Source: Callorhinchus milii
Lineage: Eukaryota
DNA: 64,000 nt
NCBI RefSeq assembly: GCF_018977255.1
Contig: NW_024704742.1
Coordinates: 13,518,001-13,582,000, forward strand
Reading direction: 5' to 3'
In this document: in pieces, positions 1 to 12,948 of the stretch
How positions within the stretch are numbered: the first letter of the stretch is position 1
How the letters are laid out: every line of letters begins with the position of its first letter
Notes under the pieces: model-generated
Database searches by the model: none
What the model was told of the DNA's origin: nothing
The model's input: only the letters and a program-made list of their open reading frames with translations
Translations under genes and position numbers: made by a program

Positions 1-42
1 TTACTAGGGGCTCAGTTATAGTGTGTTATTACTGTGACAGGT

Positions 43-362
43 GGAATCCTGTAGCTCAGTAGCTAGAGCACTCGCTCCTCGAGAGGAGCTGGGTTTGATT
101 CCCAGGAAGGGCGAAACATTCAACAAGTTTCCTTACTCCACATGCCTTTGTTTACCAAGCAGTAAGTAGGAACCCAGTTATTAGTTGATTAATAATAATA
201 ATTTAGTGACTCAATCCACCACTGTTTGTAGGACACTGCTGTGCGCAATTGGCTGCCACGTTTCACCCACAAAAGACACAGTCAATTCACTTAACAGTAT
301 ATTCTGTGAAGTATATTCTCAAAAGACGTGATAAGACACTATTAAATGCAAGAAATATTATT
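43..362 (+). mobile_element. tRNA-derived Deu-type SINE, long variant
   Basis: Head tcctgtagctcagt..tagagcactcgc (A box) and ggtttgattccc (B box); core tgtttgtaggacactgctgtgcgcaattggctgcc; (ATT)n tail. Confidence 0.85.
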
Positions 363-725
363 ATATTGCTGTATTTCAGTTCATGATGACTCTGTCTCAG
401 TGGTGCACACAGACGCACTCGCTCACTCTGCAGAATGTCAAGCCTCGGCCAAAGGGGAAGAAAGAGAGTAAGGAGGAATATCTGAGGAACACACAGTAAG
501 TCTCCAGTCTTTTGATCAGTGATCAGAGGGTAAAAGGTATAAAAATTGATATAAGTATTTAAATGGTGTACTAGAGTCACAGAATGATATGGTATGGTAA
601 CTGGCCACTCGGCCAACTGGGGCATGGGGTGGTGATAGGTGCACCCTGACAGGTGCACCCTGACAGGCACACAATGACAGGCACATTACTGACAGGCACA
701 CAGTGATGGGCACACAGTGACAGGG

Positions 726-1190
726 ACAACAACAACAAATGATATATATACACAGCGCTTTTCACATCGGGAGGATGTCCCAAGGCGCAGGACAGTGAGC
801 GATTTGAACTCGAGCAGGGGTTTGGGATCAGGAGGGATGGAAGGCAGGGAAGATAGGGGTATGAAGGTGACAGAGGGCACGGTCGAAGCGAGATGAAGTG
901 ACCATGGGATAGAGTTCCAAAGAGTGGGGGTAGGAGAGGCTGAAGGCCTGACCGCCGATGGTAGGGTGGGCCAGGCGGGTGGGGGACATGGAGCAGGCCA
1001 GATTCTGCTGAGCGGAGGGAGTGGACAGGTTGAAAAGGGGTTAGCAGGTCACAGAGGTAAGGGGGAGCAAGGCCATGGAGGGCCGTGAAGGCGAGGATGA
1101 GGATTTTCAACTCTATCTTCTGAGGAACGGGGAGCCAGTGGAGTCGGGTGAGCATGGTGGTGATGGGGGTCATTGTGTCAAGGACACGGG
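726..1190 (-). mobile_element. L2 LINE 3' fragment
   Basis: ORF 577..1173 contains the L2 ORF2 C-terminal motif LHWLPVPQKIELKILILAFTALHGLAPPYL. The minus strand ends gggacatcctcccgatgtgaaaagcgct plus (TTG)n. Confidence 0.85.
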
Positions 1191-1368
1191 GTGGAATGTG
1201 CGAGTATTGACTGAAGCCTCAGGGTGACTCTGTGGCTCCTGTTTGGCGCCAGCTGCTTTGTGGGTTATCTCAGGCAGGTCGCTGAACCCAACACGTTGGA
1301 CATTGATAGTCACATGTCACAAGTCCTGCCGCTGGTCACTAAAACCAACATGCTTCCCTCTGTGCCAG

Positions 1369-1521
1369 TGGCTCCCTGGAGATGGGGCTGGAGTCGATGC
1401 TCAAAGCTGCAGGACCCAATCTGCTCATTCTAAAGATTTCCCACTGTCCGACTCTCCTGACTGACCGCTCATTGTGGCTAGCTAGCTGTTACTGTCGTGC
1501 CCTGCAAGCCGTGACATATAG
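1369..1521 (+). CDS. FBXO41: FBXO41 internal coding exon (first in window; upstream exons lie outside the window)
   Basis: Acceptor ccctctgtgccag and donor gtgagt; 153 nt, phase 2-2. Translates GSLEMGLESMLKAAGPNLLILKISHCPTLLTDRSLWLASCYCRALQAVTY(R), matching my recollection of vertebrate FBXO41. Confidence 0.93.
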
Positions 1522-1909
1522 GTGAGTGTGCGAGAGTGCCAGTGTGAGTATGTGCCTCCACTACTTCGCCCTCCTCACACACAACACTGTTGAAACCCTT
1601 ATCCATGCTTTCATGCCTCGATTATTCCTCCGTCTCCCAACTCCACTGTTCACAACATCCAACCGATTCAGAACTCCACTCCCATATCCTCACATTCTAA
1701 ACTCCGTACCCCTTCAGCGCAGTCCTCGCCAGGTACCACTGGCTCCCCATTGAACCAGTCCTCGACAGACTACACTGGCTCCCTATTACACGCACTAAAC
1801 TCCGTAACCCCATCACCCCAGTCCTCATCTCCACAAACGGTTTCTCCTCTAGCCCCCGCACTGTCTTGTGCGGTGTTCCTCTGGGCTGTGCCCTTGGTCC
1901 CGTCCTCTT

Positions 1910-4312
1910 CAATAGGGAAAGGGAAAAAGGAGGTTGCAATACTCATTAGGGATACGGTCACGGTCCTGGAAAAGGACGATGTGTCAGAGGGTCCAAAAAT
2001 TTAATCTATTTGTTTAGAGTTACAGAGCAGAAAAGGAGCTGTTACTCTGTTAGGTATTTACTATAGACCTCCAAATAGTGGGAAGGAAATAGATGAGCAA
2101 ATCTGCAAGCAGATTTCGGAGAGATGCAAAACCAATAGAGTAGTGATAATGAGGGACTTCAATTATCCTAATATAGACTGGGAAACACACAGTGTAAAGG
2201 GCAAGGAGGGAGAGGAATTCCTGAAATATGTGCAGGAGAACTTTCTGGATCAGCATTTTTCCAGCCCAATAAGGAAGGAAGCAGTGCTGGATTTAGTACT
2301 GGGAAATGAAGTGGGGCAAGTGGAGCAGGTTTCAGTAGGAGAGCATCTGGATAACAGTGATAACAATATCATTAGGTTTAGAATATTTATGGAAAAGGAC
2401 AACAATCAATCAAAGGTAAAGACCCTCAACTGGAAACGGGCTGATTTCAGTGAGCTAAAAAGGGACCTGGCCAAGATAGATTGGAAAGAAAGATTGCCGG
2501 TAAGGCAGCAAACAAACAATGGGAAGCCTTCAAGGAAGAGATAGTTCGGGGACAGAGCAAATACATTCCCACAAAGGGGAAAGGTAGGACAGTCAAACCT
2601 CTCTGGATGACTAAGGAAATTGGGATTACAATAAAACAGAAGAAGGAGGCTTATGACAAATGTCAGGTCCAAAACACACAGGATAATCAAATAGAATATA
2701 GGAAGTACAGAGAAGTGAAAAGGGAAATAAGGGCGAAGAGATTGTGCGAGAAAAGATTAGCAGGAAACATAAAAGGGAACCCTAAGGTATTTTATAAACA
2801 TATCAAGAATAAAAGGTTAGTCAAAACCTTTTAGGGTTTATCCAATTAGGGACCCTAGTGGAAATCTTCTTGTTGAGGCAGAGGGTATGGCTGATGTACT
2901 AAATAATCACTTTGCAACTGTCTTCACAAAAGAAGACGATGCAACCAATGCCACAATATCGCAGGTGTGTGAACAGAAATGGGATATGATAAAAATCAAC
3001 GGAGAGGGGGGACTAAAAAGGCTGTCGGTGCTCAACATAGGTGCGTCTTGGTCCAGATGGGATGCATTCTAGGTTACTGAGGGAAGCAAAGGTGGAAATA
3101 GCGGAAGCTCTGACCACAATCTTTCAATCCTCTTTGGACACTGGAGTGGTGCCAGAGGACTGGAAGGTTGCAAATGTTACTCCCCTGTACAAAAAGGGGC
3201 AGAAGGACAAACCTGAGAACCACAGGCCAATCAGCCTAACATCATTAATAGGGAAACTTCTGGAGACTATAATCTGGGACAATATAAATTCTCACTTAGA
3301 AAAATATGGCTTAATAAAGGACAGTCAACATGGATTTGTTAAAGGCAGATCGTGTCTGAAAATCCTAATAGAATTTTTTGATGGATTGATGAAGGAAGTG
3401 CAGAAGACGTAGTTTATCTAGTTTTTCAAAAGGCATTTGACAAAGTGCCACATAAGAAACTTATAAACAAAATAGAAGCCCACGGTATTAAAGGGACTGT
3501 GGCAACATGGATCCAGAACTGGCTAGGAGACAGAAAGCAGAGAGTGGTAGTGAACGGTTGCTTTTCTGACTGGAGGGAGGTGTGTTAGTGGTGTCCCTCA
3601 GCGGTGGGTATTCTTTCTGATCTATATTAACGATCTGGATGTGGATACTGGGAGCACAATTTCCAAATTTGCAGACGATACTAAGCTAGGAAAAGTAGTT
3701 AATGCTGAGGAAGATAGCACCAGACTCCAAGAGGACTTAGACAGATTGGTAAAATGGGCAGAAACGTGGCAGATGAGGTTTAATGTGGAGAAATACGACG
3801 TGTTGCATTTTGGTAGGAAGAATGAGGAGAGGCAGTTATAAGTTAGATGGTACAATCTTAAAGGGGGCAAATGAACAGAGAAACATGGGGGTCCACATAA
3901 GCAAATCTCTGAAGGTGGCAAGACAGATAGATAAAGCTGTTAAAAAAGCATATGGGATACTAGGTTTTATAAATAGGAGCATAGAATTCAAAAGTCAGGA
4001 GGTTATGTTGAATATTTATAAAATGCTGGTATGGCCTCAGTTGGAGTACTGCATTCAGTTCTGGGCATCGCACTTTAGGAAAGATGTTAGGGCATTGGAG
4101 AGTGCAAAGGAGGTTTACCAGGATGGTACCAGTAATGAAGGACATTAATTATGAGGAGAGGTTGTTCGGATCTGGAATACATTACCTGAAAGGGAAGCCG
4201 ATTCCACAACAACTTTTATGAGAGAAGTAGATGGGTATTTGGGGAGGACAAGATTGCAGGGCTATGGAGAGAAAGCGGGCCAGTGGGATTGAGTTGGATT
4301 GCTCTTCGGAGC
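1910..4312 (+). mobile_element. CR1 LINE, 5'-truncated decayed ORF2 (endonuclease and RT) with 3' end
   Basis: Frameshifted ORFs carry [55 protein letters not shown] and LEYCIQFW. Confidence 0.92.
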
Positions 4313-4329
4313 TGGGTCAACTTCCACAT

Positions 4330-5270
4330 TATGCGGATGACATCTCTCTACCTCCAATCTTGACTCCAAAGCCACTGCTGTCTTGACAGAATGTCTGTCA
4401 GACAGCAGGTCCTGGTTGAGAGCTAACTTGCTATAGTTGAATGTCAACAACACCAAGGCCCTCCTGATTGTTTCCTGTCAGGTCCTTCACACCTCAGGCA
4501 CTGACAGCATCACCATCCATGGTTGCACACTCCACCTTGCTAAGCCGGTCCGGAACTTTGGCATCTTGTTTGACCCTCAACTATGCTTTCCACCCAACAT
4601 CCATGCCATGTCCCGCTCTGCATTCCCCCACCTCCACAACATTGCCTGGCTCCGCCACTGCCTTCCCCTCAAGCCGTCAAAATCCTGATTCATCAAGGCT
4701 GGATTATGCCAACTCCCTGCTAGTCAGCCTTCCCAACACTTCCCTCCACAAGCCTCAGATCATCCGGAACTCTGCAGCTCCTGTCCTTTCCCGCACCAGG
4801 CTCTGTGACCCTATCAACCCCACCCGCGCCCAGCTCCACTGGCTCCCCATCCCCCAGAGGATATAGTTCAAAATCTTTGTTTTCACCTTCAAAGCCCTCC
4901 ACACAACCTTGTCCCTCCCTACATCTGTGACCGGCTAACCCCTTATTCACCTGTACTCTTGCTCTGCTCAGCAGGCTCCGGCTTGCTCCAAGTCCCTCGC
5001 CTGGCCCGCCCCACCATTCGTGGTTGGGCCTTCAGCCTCTCTGCCCCCCACCCTCTGGAAATCCATTCCACATTCCCTTAGCCTCGCTCCTTCCCTTGCC
5101 TCCTTCAAGGTATGTCTCAAGATCCTGCTCTACGACTGTGTTTTCGGGCACCCTCCCTGCCTGCCACCCACCCTTCAGCTCAGCTACAAATCCATGACAG
5201 TCCAGCATAGTGGAACGTCCTCCCGACATGAAGGGCACTGTCCAAATGTAATTTTGTATTGTGTTGCATA
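4330..5270 (+). mobile_element. L2 LINE 3' fragment
   Basis: Motifs YADD, RNFGILFDPQL, SRLDYANSLL and LHWLPIPQRI; L2 3' end ggaacgtcctcccgacatgaagggcact. Confidence 0.87.
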
Positions 5271-5309
5271 GCATCCCGATCACATTATTTCTTGCCACTA
5301 CTGTTTCAC

Positions 5310-8300
5310 AGCGAGTGTGAGAGTGTGCCAGAGTGAGAGTGTGCAAGAATGAGAGTGTGCCTGAGTGAGAGTGTACCAGTGAGCCAGAGTGAAAGTGCAA
5401 GAGTAAGAGTGTGCCAATATGCCAGAGTAAGAGTGTGCAAGAGTGAGAGTATGCCAGTGAGCCTGAGTAAGAGAGTGCAACAGTACCAGTGTGCCAGAGT
5501 GAGTGTGCAAGAGTGACAGTGTGCTATAGTGAGAGTCTGCCAGTGTGAGAGTGTGCCACAGTGAGAGTGTGCAAGAGTAAGAGTGTGCCAATATACAGAG
5601 TAAGAATGTGACAGTGTGATAGTGCGCCAATGTGCCAGAGTAAGTGTGCCAGTGTACCAGAGTGAGACTATGCCAGAGTGAGAGTTGCAGAGCGAGTGTC
5701 AAGTGAGTGTGCAATTGTGCCAGTGTGAGTGTGCAATACTGAGTGTCCCAGAGTGAGAGTGTGCAAGAGTAAGAGTATGCCAGTGTGCCAGAGTGAGAGT
5801 GGGCAAGATTGAGAGTGTGCCAGTGTGCCAGAATGAGTATATGCCAGAGTGACAGTGTGACAGAGTGAAAGTGTGCCAGAGTGAGAGTGTGCCAGTGTAA
5901 GAATGAGTATATGCCAGTGTGCCAGAGTGAGACTGTGCCAGAGTGAGAGTATGCCAGAGCGAATGTCAAGAGTGAGAGTGTGCAATTGTGCCCAAGTGAA
6001 TTGTGCGAGTGAGAGTGTGCAACAGTGCCAGTGTGAGAGGGTGCCAGTGAGAGGGTGCCAGAATGACAGTATCAGATTGTGCCAGTGCGACAGTGTGCCA
6101 GAGTGAGAGTGTGCTACTGTGAGTGTGTCAATGTGAGAGTGAGCCAGTGTGCCAGAGCGAGAGTGTGCCAATGTGCCAAAGTGAGAGTGTGCCAGAGTGA
6201 GTGTACCAAAGTGAGAGTGTGCCAGAGTGAGTGAACCAAAGTGAGAGTGTGCCAGAGTCAGAGCATGCCAATGTGCCACAGTGAGAATGTACCAGAGTGA
6301 GAGTGTGTCAATGTGAGAGTGAGGGTGTGACAGTGTGAGAGTTTGCCAGTGATAGTTTGTGTGTGACAGTGTGCCAGAGTGAGTGTGCCAGTGTGAGAGT
6401 GTGCCAATGTGCCAAAGTGAGAGTGTGCCAGAGTGAGTGTACCAAAGTGAGAGTGTGCCAGTGACAGTGTGAGAATGTGTCAGAGTGACAGTTTGAGTGT
6501 GACAGTGTGCCATAGTGAGAGTGTGCCAGAGTGAGAGTGTGCCAGTGAAAGTGTGCCAATGTGCCAAAGTGAGAGTGTGCCAGAGTGAGTGTACCAAAGT
6601 GACAGTGTGAGAATGTGCCAGAGTGACAGTTTGAGTGTGACTGTGTGCCAGAGTGACAGTTTGAGTGTGCAAGAGTGACAGTTTGAGTGTGACTGCGTGC
6701 CAGAGTGAGAGTGTGCAAGAGTGACAGTTTGAGAGGGTGCCAGTGCGACAGTGTGCCAGAGTGAGAGTGTGCTACTGTGAGTGTGTCAATGTGAGAGTGA
6801 GCCAGTGTGCCAGAGTAGAGAGTGACAGGGTGAGAGAGTGACAGTGCGAGAGTGTGCCAATGTGCCAAAGTGAGAGTGTGCCAGAGTGAGTGTACCAAAG
6901 TGAGAGTGTGCCAGAGTGAGTGAACCAAAGTGAGAGTGTGCCAGAGTCAGAGCATGCCAATGTGCCACAGTGAGAATGTACCAGAGTGAGAGTGTGTCAA
7001 TGTGAGAGTGAGGGTGTGACAGTGTGAGAGTTTGCCAGTGATAGTTTGTGTGTGACAGTGTGCCAGAGTGAGTGTGCCAGTGTGAGAGTGTGCCAATGTG
7101 CCAAAGTGAGAGTGTGCCAGAGTGAGTGTACCAAAGTGAGAGTGTGCCAGTGACAGTGTGAGAATGTGTCAGAGTGACAGTTTGAGTGTGACAGTGTGCC
7201 ATAGTGAGAGTGTGCCAGAGTGAGAGTGTGCCAGTGAAAGTGTGCCAATGTGCCAAAGTGAGAGTGTGCCAGAGTGAGTGTACCAAAGTGACAGTGTGAG
7301 AATGTGCCAGAGTGACAGTTTGAGTGTGACTGTGTGCCAGAGTGACAGTTTGAGTGTGCAAGAGTGACAGTTTGAGTGTGACTGTGTGCCAGAGTGAGAG
7401 TGTGCAAGAGTGACAGTTTGAGAGGGTGCCAGTGCGACAATGTGCCAGAGTGAGTGTGTCAATGCGAGTGAGCCAGTGTGCCAGAGTAGAGAGTGACAGG
7501 GTGAGAGAGTGACAGTGTGAGAGTGTGCCAGTGTGAGAGGGTGCCTGTGGGAGTGTGCCAGAATGACAGTGTTAGATTGTGCCAGTGCAACAGTGTGCCA
7601 GAGTGAGAGTGTGCCAGAGTGAGTGAACCAAAGTGAGAGTGTGCCAGAGTCAGAGCATGCCAATGTGCCACAGTGAGAATGTACCAGAGTGAGAGTACCA
7701 GAGTGAGAGTGTGTCAATGTGAGAGTGAGGATGTGACAGTGTGAGAGTTTGCCAGTGATAGTTTGAGTGTGACAGTGTGCCAGAGTGAGTGTGCCAGTGT
7801 GAGAGTGTGCCAAAGTGAGAGTGTGCCAGAGTGAGTGTACCAAAGTGAGAGTGTGCCAGAGTGAGTGTACCAAAGTGAGAGTGTGCCAGAGTGACAGTGT
7901 GAGAACGTGTCAGAGTGACAGTTTGAGTGTGACAGTGTGTCAGAGTGAGTGTGCCAATGTGAGAGTGTATCAGTCAGAGCATGCCAATGTCCCAGAGTGA
8001 GAGTGTGCCAGTGTGCCAGAGTGAGAGTGTACAAGAATGACTGTTTGAGAGGGTGCCAGTGTGACAATGTGCCAGAGTGAGTGTGCCAATGCGAGTGAGC
8101 CAGTGTGCCAGAGTAGAGAGTGACAGTGTGAGAGAGTGACAGTTTGAGAGTGTGCCAGAGTGATAGTATGAGTGTGATAGTGTGCCAGAGTGAGTGTGTG
8201 CGAGAGTGAGTGTGCCAGAGTGAGAGTGTGGCAGAGTGAGAGTGTGCCAGAGTGAGAGTGTGCCAGAGTGTGTGACGGTGTGACAGAGTGATTGTGTGAT

Positions 8301-9470
8301 AGTGTGCCAGAGTGAGAATGTGCCAAAGTGACAGTGTGCCAGAGTGACAGTGTGAGAATGTGCCAGAGTGACAGTTTGTGTGTGACTGTGTGCCAGAGAG
8401 TGTGCCAGAGTGAGAGTGTGCCAGAGTGAGAGTGTGCCAGAGTGAGAGTGTGCCAGAGTGAGAGTGTGCCAGAGTGAGAGTGTGCCAGAGGGAGAGTGTG
8501 CCAGAGTGAGAGTGCGACAGTGTGACAGAGTGACTGTGTGACAGAGTGACAGTGTGGATTGTGTGACAATATGACAGACTGACAGTGTGCCAGAGTGAGT
8601 GTGCTGGAGTGAAAGTTTGACAAAGTGACAGTTTGAGAGTGTGCCAGAGTGAGCGTGCGACAGAGTGAGCAAGCGACAGAGTGACAGTGTGACTAGAGTG
8701 GATAGTGTGACAGTATGATAGAGTGACAGTGCCAGAATGAGAGTGTGACAGAGTGAGAATGCGACAGTGACAGTGTGACAAGAGTGGATAGTGTGACAAT
8801 GTAACAGAGTGAGAGTGTACCAGAGTGAGAGTGTACCAGAGTGAGAGTGTACCAGAGTGAGAGTGTACCAGAGTGAGAGTGTGCCACTGTGTCAGAGTGA
8901 GGGTGTGCTAGACTGAGAGTGTGCCAGAATGAGTGTGGCAGAGTGACTGTGTGCCAAAGTGATAATGTGACAATATGACAGTGTGCCAGAGCGACAATGT
9001 GACATAGTGACAGTGTGACAGAGTGAACTTGTGCCAGAGTGACAGTGTGACATAGTGGCAGTGTGTCAGAGTCACAGTGTGACACAGTGGCAGTGTGATA
9101 GACAGTGTGACAGAGTGAGTGTGCCAGAGTGAGTCTGTCAAAATGAGTGTGACGGAGTGAGTGTGAGAATGTGCCAGTGTGACAGTGACAATGTGCCAGA
9201 GTGACAATGTGCCAGAGTGAGTGTGCCAGAGTAACAGTGTGCCAGAGTGAGTGTGCCAGTGTGAGCGTGTGAAAGTGACATTGTGACAGAGTGTGAGTGT
9301 GCCAGAGTGCGTGTGCCTGAATAACAGTGTACAAGAATGAATGTGCCAGAGTGAGAGTTTGCCAGGGTGACAGTGTACCAGAGTGAGTGTGCCAGAGTAA
9401 CAGTGTGCCAGAGTGAGTGTGCCAGAATGAGTGAGCGTGTATGACAGTATGTGAGAGTATCAGAAGTGAG
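5310..9470. repeat. ~4.1 kb minisatellite, ~14-16 bp unit GAGTGTGCCAGAGTGA, with a 689 bp higher-order duplication
   Basis: Tandem units are directly visible and near-perfect at 8400-8510. Sequence from 6161 recurs at 6850. Confidence 0.95.
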
Positions 9471-9484
9471 TGTGTTTGCATGTA

Positions 9485-9625
9485 TGTGGATATGGGGCTG
9501 TGTGTGTGTGGATATGGGGCTGTGTTTGTGTGGATATGGGGTTGTGTGTGTGGATATGGGGCTGTGGTGTATGTGTGGATATGGGGCTGTGGTGTATGTG
9601 TGGATATGGGGCACGTGTGTGGATG
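9485..9625 (+). repeat. GTGGATATGGGGCTGTGTGTGT tandem array upstream of the 96-nt exon
   Basis: About six visible units. Confidence 0.9.
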
Positions 9626-9785
9626 TGTGTCACTGAGTGTCTGTCAGTGAGTGAGAGTGGGTCAGAGTGATTCTGTGTCAGAATGAGTGTAAGAATGTGT
9701 GACTGTGTGTGCGAGAGTGAGAATGTGAATGTCAGAGTAAGTGTAACAGTGCGTGTGATTGACGTCTTTCTGTGGTTGGTTTCAG

Positions 9786-9881
9786 GAGCTCCACTGATCC
9801 TGTTGGTCATGAAGTGATCTGGGCTTTGGGAGCCGGGTGTCGAGACATCATCTCCCTGCAGGTGGCACCATTACACCCATG
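9786..9881 (+). CDS. FBXO41: FBXO41 coding exon
   Basis: Acceptor ggtttcag and donor gtgaga; 96 nt, phase 2-2. Translates (R)SSTDPVGHEVIWALGAGCRDIISLQVAPLHP(C), in frame with both neighbouring exons. Confidence 0.93.
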
Positions 9882-9889
9882 GTGAGACG

Positions 9890-10520
9890 ATAGCACAGCC
9901 TGATATCCACACACACATAGCACCATCTCCACACACACGCACATACACACGCAGCCCAATATCTACACACGCAGCCCCATATCCACACACACACACACAC
10001 ACACACACGTACAGCCGCATATCCACACACACACAGCCCCATATCCATATATACACACAGCCCCATATCCACATACACAAACATGCAGCCCCACATCCAC
10101 ACACACACACACAGAGCCCATATCCACACACACACACAGTCTCATATCCACACACACACCTCAGCCCCATATCCACACACACAGCCCCATATCCACATAC
10201 AGCACCATATCCACACACACATCACAGCTGCGCATCCACACACACCACCCCATATCCACACACAGCACAACCCCATATCCACACATACACCACAGCTCCA
10301 AATCTGCACACAAACACAGTCCCATATCCACATGCACACAAGTGCAGCTCCATATCCACACACACACACACAAACAAATACAGCCACATATCCACACACA
10401 CAGCCCCATATCCACATACACAAACATGCAGCCCATATCCACACACACATAGCCCCATATCCACACACACACAGCCCCATATCCACCCACCCACACACAC
10501 ACAGCCCCATATCCACACTG
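9890..10520 (-). repeat. The same unit in inverted orientation (ACACACAGCCCCATATCCAC)n downstream of the exon
   Basis: More than twenty visible units; reverse complement of the 9485-9625 unit. Confidence 0.92.
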
Positions 10521-10585
10521 ACACTGTACAGTGTATGATATATATTGTGTTTGAAGCCTGTATATACACACACATACTTTGTGAA

Positions 10586-12110
10586 GTCCTTTAGCTTAGT
10601 GGTTAGAGCACTCACCTTGTAAATAAGAAGACTTGAGTTCGATACCCAGACCAGGCAAAATGTTGGATGTTTCCTTACTCCACACAACTCTGTTTACCTT
10701 GCAGTAAGTAGAAACCTGTTTATTAGTTGATTGGTGCATCGCTTTCTGGGGATAATAAACCCTTGACAAAATAATAATAATAATAATAATTTGGTCACTC
10801 AGTCCATGACTGTCTATGGTGTGGTTTATATGGACTTTCAGAAGGCATTCGATAAGGTTCCACACGAAAGATAATTAGCGAAAATGGAAGTACATGGAAT
10901 CGGAGGTTAACCTTGTGACTTGGCTTAGTAATTGGTTGGGAGGAAGGAAACAAAGAGTAGGGATAAAGGGAGCGTTCTCTGATTGGTGGGACTTGACAAG
11001 TGATGTTCCCCAGTGGTCTATACTGGGACCTCAGCTATTCGCTATATATATAAATGACTTGGCTGAAGGAATAGAAAGTTATATATCCAAGACTACACTA
11101 AGCTAGGAGGCTCAGTAAGTTGTGTAGATGGGAGTAGGAAGTTACAAAGGGACTTGGACAGATTAGAGTGGGCAAAGTTGTGGCAGATGGAGTTCAATGT
11201 AGGGAAGTGCAAGGTCACCCACTATGGACTGAAAAAAAATAAAGCAGAATATTTTCTTAATGAGGAGAAATTAAAAACTGTGGAGGACCAAAGAAATTTG
11301 GGTGTCCATATCCACAAATCACTAAAAACTAGTGCCCAGGTGTAATCAAAATGGCGAATGGAATGTTGTCCTTTATCTCAAAGGGTCTGGAATACAAAGG
11401 GGAAGAAATGATGCTTCAGCTGTATAGAGCGTTAGTTAGACCCCATCTGGAGTACTGCGTTCAGTTTTGGGCACTCACCGCAGGAAAGATATATTGACCC
11501 TGGAGGGGGTGCAGCGCAGGTTCACCAGAATGTTACCAGGCCAAAAAGGCTTAAGTTACGAGGAAAGGCTGCGTAAACTTGGGTATTCCCTTGAGTTTAG
11601 AAGGTTTAGGGGTGATTTTGATAGAGGTGTTTAAGACAATAAAGGGGTTTGATAGGATAGATACAGAGAAGCTATTTCCTCTGGTCGGAGAATCCAAAAC
11701 AAGAGGGCATAGTCTTCAAATTAGAAACAGGCCATTTAAGAGTGAATTCAGGGAGCATTTTTTCACTCAAAGGGGGGTAAAAATCTAGAATTCTCTCCCC
11801 CAAAAAGCTGTGGATGCTGGATCCATCCACACCTTCAAGAGTGAGGTTGACAGATTGAAAGGATTAGTTGAGGTACAGATCAGCCATGATCTAATTAAAT
11901 GGCAGAACAGGCTTGAAAGGCTGAATGGCCTCCTCCTGTTCCTATGTTCCTATGACAGTTTGTGGGATGTCGATGTGTAATACTGGCTGCCACATTTTGC
12001 CTACAAAGTATAGTCAATTTACTTTACATTATATTCTGTGAAGCACTTTGAGATGTCTTGAAGACTTGATTAGGCGCGATATCAAAGCAAGTTTATTATT
12101 ATATCATTAT
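10586..12110 (+). mobile_element. SINE (10586-10810 and 11952-12110) split by an inserted CR1 3' fragment (~10812-11951)
   Basis: The SINE head stops at ccatgactgt and resumes at atgacagtttgtggga. Between them lie CR1 RT motifs (DFQKAFDKV, WQMEFNVGKC, LEYCVQFW) and a (CCTATGTT) tail. Confidence 0.85.
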
Positions 12111-12339
12111 TACTCACAGTGTCCAAAATGGCCCACAAACTCACATGTACTCAGACACGTGTATTAACACACATATATTCACACACTTATACTCACAAAC
12201 ATGTATTTACACAATGGGACTCACTCTCATACACATACTTACACAGTGTTTAGCATAATCACATGTGTACTCACCCTCCTTTACACATGTGTGGTCACTC
12301 TCTCACACACAAACTCATTCTGCCATATTTTATTCCCAG

Positions 12340-12458
12340 CCAACAACCTACTCGCTTCAACAACCGTAGTCTGCAGATGATTGGTCGCTGCTGGCCTCAC
12401 CTCCGTGCACTGGGAGTGGGCGGTGCTGGATGTGGTTTACAGGGACTATCCTCTCTAG
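12340..12458 (+). CDS. FBXO41: FBXO41 coding exon
   Basis: Acceptor tttattcccag and donor gtaact; 119 nt, phase 2-1. Translates QQPTRFNNRSLQMIGRCWPHLRALGVGGAGCGLQGLSSL (within ORF 12263..12520). Confidence 0.94.
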
Positions 12459-12524
12459 GTAACTGCCTCGAGAAGCTATATTGTCTCTGGAGGGGGTGCT
12501 GGGCAGATTCACCAGAATGATAAA

Positions 12525-12785
12525 ATAATAATAATAATAATAATCCTTGCATTTGATATAGCGCTTTTCACGTCGGGAGGACGTCCCAAAGCGCTTCACA
12601 GAATAGACTGTAAAGTGAATTGACTGTATATTTGTGGGCGAACGCGGCAGCCAATTGCGCACAGCAATGTCCCACAAACAGTCGTAGATTGAAAATGACC
12701 AATTTATTATTGTTTTTGTTTTGGAGGGATTATTATTAGGCGTGTGGAGTAAGGAAACTTGCCCAAGGTTTCGCCCTGCCTGGAA
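12525..12785 (-). mobile_element. Young SINE, short variant, 5'-truncated
   Basis: (AAT)n followed by ccttgcatttgatatagcgcttttcacgtcgggaggacgtcccaaagcgcttcac; nearly identical to copies at 46318, 55212 and 57723. Confidence 0.9.
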
Positions 12786-12948
12786 AAGGCTTAAAGGGTT
12801 AAATTATGAGGACAGGTACCATAAACATAAATGGTCTCTCTTCCCTTGAGTTTAGAAGGTTGAAGGGTGATCTGATTGAGATGTTTAAAATAATAAAAGA
12901 GATTTGATAGGGTAGATACAGAGAACCTATTTCCTCTGGTGGGGAATC

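Noticed and set aside
1910..4312. CR1 RT ORFs as an active or domesticated reverse transcriptase gene
   Set aside because: Multiple frameshifts, stops and 5' truncation; the same holds for every LINE copy in the window.
5298..9614. Long His/Thr/Leu-rich ORFs up to 361 aa on the minus strand
   Set aside because: They are stop-poor translations of the minisatellite, open in several frames, with no domain; they lie inside an FBXO41 intron.
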